A DNA stretch of 62,846 nucleotides, filler included, from Guillardia theta CCMP2712 (lineage: Eukaryota; Protista; Cryptophyta): NCBI RefSeq assembly GCF_000315625.1. It is 6 parts of 6 records of this genome, joined end to end, with 100 filler letters (N's around TTAATTAATTAA, not from the genome) between each part and the next. Parts side by side here need not be neighbours in the genome. Positions count along the whole stretch, not along the records: positions 1 to 10,110 come from NW_005434479.1; positions 10,211 to 18,811 come from NW_005434310.1; 4 more parts are not named here. One strand, written 5' to 3'. The notes beneath the pieces are model-generated. The model searched no databases and was not told the origin of the DNA. It saw only the letters and a list, made by a program, of their open reading frames with translations. Numbering within the stretch: position 1 is the first letter of the stretch; every line of letters begins with the position of its first letter. This document shows positions 1-10,613 of this stretch, piece by piece. Position numbers and translations under genes: made by a program.

Positions 1-439
1 CGACGATGATGATGGAGATGATGATGATGATGGAGATGATGATGATGATGATGATGATGGAGATGATGATGATGATGATGATGAGGAGGAGGAGGAGGAG
101 AGAATCTGACTGCGCCTGCAGCAGCTGCGGCGGGTGGATCTGCAAGAAAACATGGCGAGCAAGGAGAAGATGGCGGAGAAAATGAGAAGTTGGTTAGGAC
201 AAGCGTGCGAGTTTCCTGGGTTCGAGTAAACAAAGTCCATGCGGCTAGAGGAGAGGGAGGGGAGAGGAGAAAACAGGACGAGGGAGGGGAGGAGGGAGGA
301 GAGGAGAAGGCAGGAGGGGGCCGTAGGAGGCAGGAGGGATAAGCAGGAAGAGAGCGCGGAGCAGGAGAGGAGGATAGAAATCGTTTACTTTACGGGGACG
401 GCGCATGACAAGGATAAGATTTCTTCACCTCCCCTGCTG

Positions 440-3400
440 TCATGTCGGCGTTGACATCTCCAGCCTCGACCCCCCCCGGCCGCTGCGGCTGCTCCTGGAG
501 CTCTGCTGGGCTGTTGTCTCCCGCAGCACTTCAACCTCGAACGCCCCCCAGCAGTCGGTGCAGTAGAAGTTCCCGTCCGTCTGGTCGATCTCGCACAACC
601 GGTCCCTTCCGCACTGATAGCACCGGTCCATCCTCTGCGTCGGAGTCTCCTCTTCCCCCGACGGCGAACCCTCCTCATACTCGCCCACGTTGCTGTTCCA
701 TCCCTCCACCTCCGCGTCCCTCGTGTAGGCCTCGTACTTCCTCCCGTAGCTCTCCGCCCCCTGCACCGGGTTCGGGAGGATCCCGCCCCCGTGCGTGCGC
801 GACCCGATCCCTCCGTTGACATTGCGCATATACATGGGCGGATGCTGCTTGCCCGCATGCTCCTGCGGCGGCTTGTTCTCTCCCCCCCCCTGTATAAGCG
901 CTAGAATGCGACTGCCCGCAAGCGCTCCTGGATCCTCGGAGCTCGCCTGCTGCAGGTTCAATGAACAGGCGATCGGCCATGATGATGAGCACGAGTATCA
1001 AGGATGGGGAGGAGGAAGATGGTGGTAGTTGAGGAGGGGAAGGACAAGGACGGGGAGGGGGAGGTGGAGGAGGATGGTCGAGACGGAGGACGTGGAAGAG
1101 GAAGGAGAGAAGGGAGTGGATAAGGAGTCCGTACATGGCGGGGCTGATGGGACCTGTATCCCGGAAACTGATCCACGTCTCTGTTATTCCTGCCAGGCAG
1201 TGAGAAAGAGGGAGGGGAGGAGGCAGAGAGAGACTTGGGTGGAAAGCCGGAAGGAAGCGGACCAGGAGCAACGTTGGAGTAATTCATCGGGGCTGAATGA
1301 TGCGGGGCATTCTGGGGAGGAGGAAACGGGGGGAAGTGATGAGCAGCAAGTTGTTGCTGTTGGTTTCGTGATTGCAGAAATTGTTCGACCTGCCAGAACT
1401 TCAGCTTTCTCCTTCTCCTTTCTTCCCCCTCTTCCTCCAGACCTCTCCTCTCTCCTACACTCCTGCCATCGCACGCACTTCCTCTCCTCACCTGCATTCT
1501 CGCCTTCTCTTGAACTTCAGGAGCGATCTGGTTGACAGAGGGCACGTGACCGACAACGTCCAGCCCCGCCATCCCGTTGATCACGCTTCCCATATCATTC
1601 TGCTGCCTCGAGAACCAGTTGGGGTTTCCCCGCCCTCCTCCTCTGCCCACGGGCCCGGCGAAGGGTGGCCCTCCTCGAATACCTTCGTCTGACAGGGCTC
1701 GCGACCGCTGCTCGTACGCTCCCCCTCCTGGTGGTCCATGCTGCCATCCCCCGAAGTTCTGCGGTCGCTCCACCACGTCGCCCTTCTGCAGCAGCCGCTC
1801 GTTGGTGAGCTCCTTCTGCACTCGCTCAATGATGCCGTTGACGAAGGCGCTCTTGTTGCGGATACGCGACATGTCCTTCTTCATGAACTCCGACAAAACA
1901 GCAATCGCCCCTGCATGGCGTCAGCCGCTCTGCTCATCACAGCACGCTGCCGCTCACCCCTCTCTGGGAGCGCTCTCAAGTCTTCCATCACCCTGTCGTC
2001 AAGCTCTCCACGAGTCACGATACCAAGATCGTGACATTGGATGATCATGTCAGCAACTTTGGGGTTGAAGCCTTGACACCACTCAGCACATCTCACCATC
2101 CATGGGATCAAGAGCTTACCAGGAAAACTGAGAGCCGGTTGCTTCTTGTTGGAGGATTTCTTCTTGCCTCCCGTCTCCCACCTGCAACGCCACATTCAGC
2201 ACGGCAATCGAGCTGCTCGACCTCGCAGCTCACCCCCCATCGTCCTTGGTCGGCTCTTCTTTCTTTGTCATGGGGGGATCCTTCTGTCTGAATTTCTCTT
2301 CTTCGTACCTGGCAGCCTTCTGCGTCAGAAAAGACAAGACAGTACATTTCAGAGCATGCAGCTTCACTCACTCTGAGCGGCAAGCCGGGCACTGCTTGTT
2401 CCCCTCATTGCGGATTTTGTGCAGGCACAGCAGACAGATCTGATAACCGCAAGGGCACGGGAGGAGGGCGAGGTCCGTGGACTCCATCTCCTCACAGCAC
2501 AGGGGACATGTAGGCCCTCCATCCTCATCCCCCAGCACAGCCCGCTGCCGTTCTTCCATTTCACGCTTGTGCTTCTCAGCAGCTGCCGCTACCTGCTGTG
2601 GAGCAGAAAAGCCATGGTCAGAACAGCAGAGTGACAGAGCCGAGAATGGTTACATCTGTAGTTTCCGAGTCTGTTGCAGGTAGACGAGAGTTAGATCCGA
2701 TGCTAGTAGAAGGATACGCGTGTTGCTCGGCAGCCAGCTGCTGGAACGGCGCCTGTGATTGGATGGGCTGCTGCGGCTGCGGCTGGACAAGAAGCGAGGG
2801 GGTCGATTGCATGTTCTGCTGGTTGGAAAAGCCGGCAGAAGAAGGAGCGCTGGAAGAATAGTTCGGTCCTACCAAGTTGTGCGGTGGAGGAGGGCGGTTG
2901 GAGGCGATGGAGGAGAAAGCATGACCGTTGGACTCAGAGGGAGGGGGTCGGGAGAAGGGAGGATGATTTCCTTGCATCGGGCCTGGCGGCCTCTGCGATT
3001 GAGGAAGGCCGGGCCACTGGGTCGCGTTCATATGAGGTGCGGCTCCCCTTCCAGCTGGTTTTGTGCCTATCATCGAGTCGTTTCCTCTTAGGAGACCAGC
3101 TTTCTGTAACATTTCAGCGAGTTGCGGTTGGCGAGCAGCTTCCATCTTGGAAGAAAGTGAGCTCGACTGTGACAGGCTGTATCTTCTTACCTGCACTGCC
3201 TCGAAAAGTTGTGGAGCATCGAAGTTGACCATGGCATACGACCATGCGATCGCTGCAAGTTGCTGGGGGGTGAATTCCGATAGATTTCTATTTCCACTCA
3301 AGACCTGACATACACATGGGTTCAGAACACGACCATTACCAGAGCAAACGAGTTGCCTCTGCTTTGACAAGGTTAAACAAGGGTTCTCTCAAAAGTCTAA

Positions 3401-3959
3401 GTTTCGCTGCTCCCCAGACAACCTGCGGGGCGAGGAAGGTCAGAGGAAGCAGACAGAGCATCGAGCTAGGTTACATTAGCTAGATGCTGTTCACCAAACA
3501 TTTGAGGATTCTCTTGAAGACATCTCTCCACGTCCAACACCAGTCGTTGAAAGTGAGGGTCGTTGATGACCTTGTCACATGGCATCAATATCAAAGAGAC
3601 AGAGTAACATGTATCATCACTTGTTGTGGTTCTGAAACTCCCGTAGATGCTATTCTGTGCATAGCAGTGGCCATGTTGGGAACATTCGGCATCTGTACTT
3701 CAAGTTAACGACCTGACCCTCGTTCAGCAGATTGCATCTGACCATCTTGTTGCGAAGCCGGAAGTCATCCAAAAGATCCAAAACTTCTCTGAATGTCTGA
3801 CAGTGGGTGATGGCCTGCGTGGGAGAAAGATAAAACTCAGCTCCTCTATCACAGGGCACGGTATGGGTGTCTCCCAGGTGACCGGTTGCAACAGGCCCCA
3901 GCAACATGTACCTGATTGAGCGCCATCTGCACGTTTCCACTGCTATGAAAACCAGACAT
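440..3959 (-). CDS. Multi-exon protein: N-terminal OPR/RAP-like helical repeats, Not4-type C4C4 RING, hnRNP-Q acidic-domain-like module, C-terminal CxxC..CxxC zinc finger
   Basis: Spliced minus-strand exons give ATAMHRIA, VWGAAKL and 'FTPQQLAAIAWSYAMVNFDAPQLF' (OPR-like). RING: CPLCCEEMESTDLALLPCPCGYQICLLCLHKIRNEGNKQCPACR (2368-2492). AcD-like: LDDRVMEDLRAL..LSEFMKKDMSRIRNKSAFVNGII. Zinc finger: CYQC..YCTDCW. GT-AG introns link the segments; the start is approximate. Confidence 0.7.
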
Positions 3960-5886
3960 TGAGGAGTCTTGCTTGATACAAGCTCCTCTTTGCTGTTCGA
4001 TCACAAAACTTCCTTTGGAGAACTGCAATGGAAAAATCAAGAAACGAAACAGCACAAGGTCGTCGATGTCGTTTTTTTCACAATTTTTGTTCCTAGTTAC
4101 TTGCTCAACACAGGAGCACAAAAATAACCTCAGGATGTTTGATTCTACAGGACATCACACACAAATTATCCCAGATTCACCCCATGTCGCTTGCCTTATG
4201 TGAATCAAATCGCTCCAGATACATGTCACGACATAAAAATTTGGATACTACACTCTGATGGCTACAAGGAAGATTAAAACATGTGTTGTCGGGTTACAGG
4301 AGAGTTGTACAGTAAGGTATGGCATGGTATACACTTACAACTCCATCATAACCCATAAACAACGATGGAGGATCGACGGCCATTGAATTGATCTCAAATA
4401 CAACTGATGGCAAGTTTTCGTTTCACAACACTATTTCATGTGAGACGCAGCCAAGTGCCATGTGAACTGCATCAAGCCCTTCTAGACCATTCAAAGGAGG
4501 ATAAGCAGAGGTCTCCATTGACGCCCCATCCTCTCCCGCCGTCTCTTCTCCCCGGTTTCCCCTCCCCGCGCATGCATGTCGGCTGCGTGGCAGAAGGTTG
4601 TGTTTCCACCAAGGCTCCTTATGGAGTCATTCCATCTTCAATTTGGCCCTCAAAAATGTCAACATATCAAATTATTTTTGTATTAATTTAATTATTCCAA
4701 TCTCCTTTCCTCTTTATTTTCCGACTTGCTCAAATACTTCACTCCAAGTACCCCCATCGAAAATGCAAGATCTTCTTTTTTCGACTGTGCCTTGCGCTCT
4801 CCCAAACGCGGGAGGCGCCATGGGAGGGGTGGTAAACACTTCAATAGCAGGGTAGGGTGATGCAAAAGGAAAAAGGTTGGTGGGGTGTATCAGGTACCCG
4901 TATGAATTGCAGATCAATTTCTAGTGATCAAGTAGGTAGGGGTACTATTTTACTGATCTGGTAGGGTGGGATAAATCAAAATTTGCAAATAGTCCAATTT
5001 TCGTAGTAATTACTTTGTTAAATTTGAAAGTTCCTGATCAAAATTCAATATGCTTGGTCACCCACCCCACCCCATGAAAAAGAGCTTAAGAAATTGATGG
5101 TGGCAGGGTAGTCTGGGGTAGTCTTTTTCAGATCGCGATCAGAGCCTAGCAGGATGTTCATTCGAAGGAGGAAGGGGGTAGGGTACTAGAAACACAGGGG
5201 TACTTCAGCTCCACAAGGGGGACAAAGATCAGAAATTTCCCTTTTATGAGGGGGTAGTAGAACAGCTCGGAATTCGAGAGAGAGTGGGGGTGGGGTGAGA
5301 ACAGCAGCAGGGTGGTGAAGGCCTTCGATTCTTCCAGAACTCGAATAAAGGTTTCAAGTTCTCATGTAAAATGTTGAATAATAGGAGGCATTGTTCAAAA
5401 CAAGGCTGAAGATTCTTAAAAGAGGAGATTTATCAGTGAAGCTGAGTGTTCGGAACTGATTCACTCCGGGCCCCGGGCAGAAGTTCGAAAACTATATTGG
5501 TTCAAAAGTTTTATGTAACTAAAGTTTCCTCAGAAACGTCGAAGTTTGGCGCTGGGCATGCAGACGTATTAAAGGCGGTTGAGGAGCAGCGATGGGAAGA
5601 GACGCGGCGGCCCCTCCATGAGGAGGAGGAAGGAAGACATCACAAGGCACATTACTTGAGACTCACGATAGAGGAGGGAGGAAAGAAGATCCGTGAGCAG
5701 GGGAGGTCTCGTTGTTCCAGTGTTGCATCAGAGGCAAGGCGACATCGGCAGAGGTGATGGATGTCTGTGTGCTGATCTCAAACTTATCCAATGATTGTTG
5801 CCGATTCCAATGATTCACTGTACTTATGTCTGAAACTTAGCTCAGGTGAAGCAAGCTCACCCTCCACATCACAGCCGCCTGACAAG

Positions 5887-7216
5887 ATGGGCTGTAACAT
5901 GGTGCTGTTGCGGTTTCAAATCATCCTCTTGGTGTTCGCCATGAAAACTTCATGCTTCCATGCGCGATCGCCCTTCCATGCTCGGGCTCACTCTGCTCAG
6001 CGGAGCGCAGGGAGATACCTTCGTTTGAGAGGAGGAGCCTCCATAGATGAAGCGGCGTTCGAGGGATACGATGCCCTGAGCTCCTTCGCCAGGTTCTCAG
6101 CAGACGGGCACTTGTTTCAGGTCGAGTACGCACTAGAGGCCGTGAAGAGAGGGAGGACCGTCATTGCAGTGAAGGGCGAGCACTGCCTTTGCATCGCCAC
6201 GGAGCGACGAGCCTTCGCCAAGCTGCAGATCCCATCAACAGTCCGCAAGATGTACCAGGTCGACGCTCACATCCTGGGAACGATCGCAGGGATGTCTGCG
6301 GATGCGAGGGATGTGATAGACAGAGCTCGGATGGAGGCGCTGACCTACCGCATGGAGTACGAGGACTGTCCTCCCGTGGAGGTGCGGTGATGTTGATGGG
6401 GCAGGCGCGGTTGACAGTGTTGGCAGTACATCGCAAAGTTTGTAGGAGATCTGATGCTTGAGAACACGGTCAGTGAGACCGTCCGCCCGTACGGAGCAAG
6501 CGTGATCTTGACCGGGTTTGATAAGCTGACCTACCACGAGTACCTCCCGTCGCGCGTCCCCCCTCCCTATCCCTTCCCTCGGATCTTCCTGTGCGATCCC
6601 AGCGGCGCTGTACAAGAATGCAGCGCCATATCGATAGGAAGGAACTCAAACGTCGTCATGGAGTTCCTGGAGAAGCATTATGACTCCCACTTGCATCTGA
6701 TCAAGGACAAGGACTTGCAGACTGAGGAGCGGATCCTTTGCGAGTTTGCACTCGCCGCCATGATGGAGGTTTGCGAGAATGCCGTTGAGGGCGCCGGAGA
6801 GTGATGGGATGGGGGTTGAGCAGGTTGTCAACATGAACGGAAGCAGGAGTGTCGAGCTTGCTACCATGACGATAGAGAATGGAGTCAGAATCCTGCTCGA
6901 CGACGAGGTGATGACCAATCTCCCAGTGCTGTTTGATGTTGCTCTGTCGTGCTGAAAGAGGTTCCTGCCATGACAGGTGGATATTCTTCTGCAGAATCTT
7001 TCAGAGCAGGTGAGATGTCAGAGAGGATTATGGGCTGTCTGTGCTGACATGCTGTTGTCTAGTTGGAGGAGACTTCACCGGAGGAGATTGAGAAGAAGTT
7101 CAAGGTTCATACATTCACCCGCTCTGCGCGTTTGCAGCGCTCGTGGCTAATTGGTTGCTCTTTTACAGGAACTGAACATCAAAGAACAAGCGTACCATCC
7201 TCAAACTGCAGAGTAG
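5887..7216 (+). CDS. PSMA7: 20S proteasome alpha subunit (alpha-4/PSMA7-like, divergent) with N-terminal signal peptide and transit-like extension
   Basis: YD..FSADGHLFQVEYALEAVKRG; IAGMSADAR..IDRARMEA; RPYGASVILTGFD; DPSG..AISIGRNS. Five GT-AG introns traced to TAG at 7214-7216. Presequence MGCNMVLLRFQIILLVFAMKTSC-F...LRLRGG. Confidence 0.85.
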
Positions 7217-7492
7217 ACATCATGACCGGGGTTTCATGCCATCTTATCTGATAGCTAATGAGCGTCGTGCGCCTGTTTGTGTTTTCTGTGTATGATAGAA
7301 TGGAATAATTTTCTGCTGCCTTTGCTGGCACAACAACAATTCACTGCTCTTATCTTTCACTCCTCCGCCTTCTCGCTCTCTCGCTCTCTGTCCTTCTCCT
7401 GAACCTGCTGACTCGCAGGCACGCAAGATCCCTCTTCTTCTCGCGTGTTCTCGACTCTCCTTTCTCCCCTGCCTCCTCCTGTCTGTCTTTCC

Positions 7493-8544
7493 TTCTCCTC
7501 TTACCCAGTAGCCCCTCCTACCCACCTCTCTCCTTGTGTGATCTCTTCCAAATCTCCTCGCCTCTCCTCTCCTCTCCTCTCCTCTCCTCTCCTCTCCTCT
7601 CCTCTCCTCTCCTCTCCTCTCCTCTCCTCTCCTCTCCTCTCCTCTCCTCTCCTCTCCTCTCCTGTCCTCNNNNNNNNNNNNNNNNNNNNNNNNNNNNNNN
7701 NNNNNNNNNNNNNNNNNNNNNNNNNNNNNNNNNNNNNNNNNNNNNNNNNNNNNNNNNNNNNNNNNNNNNAGGAAGAAGCAATCTCGAATGATGAAGAGGA
7801 CGATCAGGTCGAGGAGGTCGAGGAGGTCGAGGAGGTCGAGGAGGTCGAGGAGGTCGAGGAGGTCGAGGAGGTCGAGGAGGTCGAATTTCGGGAGGATGAT
7901 GATGAGCGAGTCTTTCGTGCCTCTTGAGCTGGAGGTAGCGATCGTTCAATGCTTGGATGCCGGCATCATCCATGAGAACACTCGCGACATTCTCCTGGAG
8001 AAGAAACTTGAGGCAAGGAAAGTAGAAAAACATGTGGAAGACGAGGTTGAGGAGAGGAAGAGGAAGATTGCGAGGTAGGAGAGGAACATTTCGTTCTCAC
8101 CCCTCCAGTGCTGAACGAGCTGAAGATGACATGCTGTAGTGTGTTCATTAGCGATCACGACATGAGATGCATGGGAGGGGAGGGGAGGGGAGAGGAGAGG
8201 AGAGGAGAGGAGAGGAGAGGAGAGGAGAGGAAGAGAGGAGAGGAAGAGAGGAGAAGAGAAGAGAGGAGAGGAGAGGAGAGGAGAGGAGAGGAGAGGAGAG
8301 GAGAGGAGAGGAGAGGAAGAGAGGAGAGGAGAGGAGAGGAGAGGAAGAGAGGAGAGGAGAGGAGAGGAGAAGGAGAAGGAGAGGAGAGGAGAGAGGAGAG
8401 GAGAGGAGAGGAGAGGAGAGGAGAGGAGAGGAGAGGAGAGGAGAGGAGAGGAGAGGAGAGGAGAGGAGAGGAGAGGAGAGCAGAATCGGAAGAGATCTCA
8501 CAAGGAGAGAGGAGGGTAGGAGGGGCTACTGGGTAAGAGGAGAA
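7493..8544. repeat. Inverted repeat pair: about 60 bp unique arm plus (CTCTC)n/(GAGAG)n microsatellite arms
   Basis: 7493-7560 ttctcctcttacccagtagcccctcctaccc..ctctccttgtg.gatctcttcc is the reverse complement of about 8480-8544 with a few mismatches. The microsatellite tracts inside each arm are also complementary. Confidence 0.85.
7806..7884 (+). repeat. 9-bp tandem repeat (GAGGAGGTC)n
   Basis: Directly visible, about 8 units. Confidence 0.9.
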
Positions 8545-8957
8545 CGAGTGAGGAGGAGAGGGAGCGCAGATCGATACATCCGGACTTGATCAGAGCTGAC
8601 TATGAAGGAGAATATAGCAAGAAGAACATCGCAGGTGAGGAGAGGAGGAGCATCCACAGAGCACAGCTTCTGACCACAACACGGCAGCGTTGATCGCAAA
8701 CCAAGATGAGATCCTTGTGCCAGAGATCGAGGACGATGCTGGTCCTGGGGCTGCCTTGGAAGACGATAGCCTTGCTATTCATGTCGACAGGAAGCTTCTG
8801 CTGCAGGACGACGAGCAGGATGGAGCGATCTAGTTCCTCCTTGAGCTTCGTCGTCGGATCCTCTGCTCCCTCTCTCCCTCTTCGTCATCCTCGCATGCGC
8901 TGCTTGCTCACTGCTCTCCCCCCGCACTCCTCGAGCGCGGAGGCGGAGAGAGGGAGC

Positions 8958-9920
8958 ATGGCGGCGGGGGAAGCGGTCGACCCTCACAGGGAGCAGAAGG
9001 CTTCCAAAAGAGAGAGGCAGACGCGCCAGCGAGGTAACTGAAACTGACATGCTGCTGCTGCTGCTGCTCCTCCTCCTCCTCCTCCTTCTCCTCCTCCTTC
9101 TCCTCCTGCTTCCTCCTCCTCCTCCTGCTTCCTCTTCCCCTCCCTCTCTTGCTCTTAATCTCTCTTGCTCTTGCTCTGTCCTGCCTGCGCTGCTTCTGCG
9201 CTCTTTTACCACTTTCCCTTCCCTCCTCCCCCCTCCTCCCTCCTCCTCGGCCATCTGCTCTCGACCTTCTCCTGCTTCTGCACTCTCCTCCACTTTCTTC
9301 TGCTGCTGGAGGCGCTTCTGACGCCTGACCCCTCCCAGCTCAACTCAAGCAGATGCTGCCTGACGCTGCTGCGAGGCAAGAATTTGTGATAGCAACTTCA
9401 TTCAAAGAGAGGTCAGCGCAGTCTACCTCACTGGAACATGATTCACTCAGCGTTGCTTGCAGATCTCAGAAGCTCGTCGACGGCACAACATGCTGCGGGT
9501 GCTGGTTGCCCAGTGACTTTTGTGTTTGCTGTGAGTAAGATGTTTTCTGCTGATTGTTTGCTCTTCTGATCATTCACAAAGTCTCAGTGTCAGAAGATGT
9601 AAGAAGTCGTTTTTCTCACCGTGTCGTCCTCTACACTCACTGGAAGGAGTACACAAGATCGACGAATACAGGAGCTCTTGTCCTGGTTTGAATTTCAGCT
9701 CCACTAGCCTCATGTTGTTTCCTCGAGATTGCTTCTTCCAAAGTTCATTCTTCTTTCTTTTCAATGCTCCTTCCAAACATTTGTTCTTACTCCTGCTGCT
9801 TGCTTGTTTTGTCCCCCCAAAATTCCTCTTCTTCCTCGATTTTCCTTCTTACACTTTGCCCAGGGGACTCTGGGGAAGGAACGCGCCGAGTTGATAGTGG
9901 CAGATGTCAAGGAGCATGAG
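8958..9920 (+). CDS. DTW-domain protein (tRNA-uridine aminocarboxypropyltransferase family), 3'-truncated by scaffold end
   Basis: Exons encode CCGCWLPSDFCVC and HRVVLYTHWKEYTRSTNTGALV, matching the CxxCxLPxxxCxC and HxxExxxxxNTG motifs of DTW/TapT proteins. The DTW motif itself is not reached before the scaffold ends at 10110. Confidence 0.7.
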
Positions 9921-10154
9921 GTAAGGAAGAGAGAGGAAGGGGAGAGGTAATGTTGGTAGGAACAAGCAGGGGCGAGGAGGGAAAAGGGAGGGAGGAGGGA
10001 GGAGGGAGGAGGGAGGAGGGAGGAGGGAGGAGGGAGGAGGGAGGAGGAAGATGATCAAAAGCAGATACTGACTGAAAAGAGGAAAACGTTTGGATTCACA
10101 TCTTCTCTCTNNNNNNNNNNNNNNNNNNNNNNNNNNNNNNNNNNNNNNNNNNNN

Positions 10155-10166
10155 TTAATTAATTAA
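10155..10166. other. Artificial scaffold linker TTAATTAATTAA within N runs
   Basis: Six-frame stop linker flanked by 44 N on each side. Confidence 0.97.
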
Positions 10167-10613
10167 NNNNNNNNNNNNNNNNNNNNNNNNNNNNNNNNNN
10201 NNNNNNNNNNGTTGTAAGAAGGCAGAATGCGAATGGGGTTCGTAAAGCCCGCAAAAAGGCTATACAGGATTCGCCAGATTGTACCTGCAGGATTCCCGGT
10301 ACTGATTTTGTACCAAAGGGTCACAGTTTTACAAATGAATTAGTGGAGAAAGTGTACTGTGCCTTCTTTGTATCTGTTTCACAGGTACAGATTATCTGGG
10401 TATAAAAGTAACTAGTAGCATCCTGCCTTACAAGCAGTGTCACAAAACTTGATATGGTACTAATTTATATTTTCTTATTTGGAGTTATTGTATGAGCTGC
10501 AGGATGCATNNNNNNNNNNNNNNNNNNNNNNNNNNNNNNNNNNNNNNNNNNNNNNNNNNNNNNNNNNNNNNNNNNNNNNNNNNNNNNNNNNNNNNNNNNN
10601 NNNNNNNNNNNNN

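Noticed and set aside
7770-8900. Possible minus-strand gene divergent from the DTW gene
   Set aside because: Exon-like fragments exist, but no consistent frame or recognisable family could be established.
10111-10210. Palindromic TTAATTAATTAA recurring five times as a possible biological motif
   Set aside because: It is always centred in a 100-nt N block, so it is an artificial six-frame-stop linker. Adjacency across these linkers (for example the RT next to the ankyrin cassette) is not real synteny.
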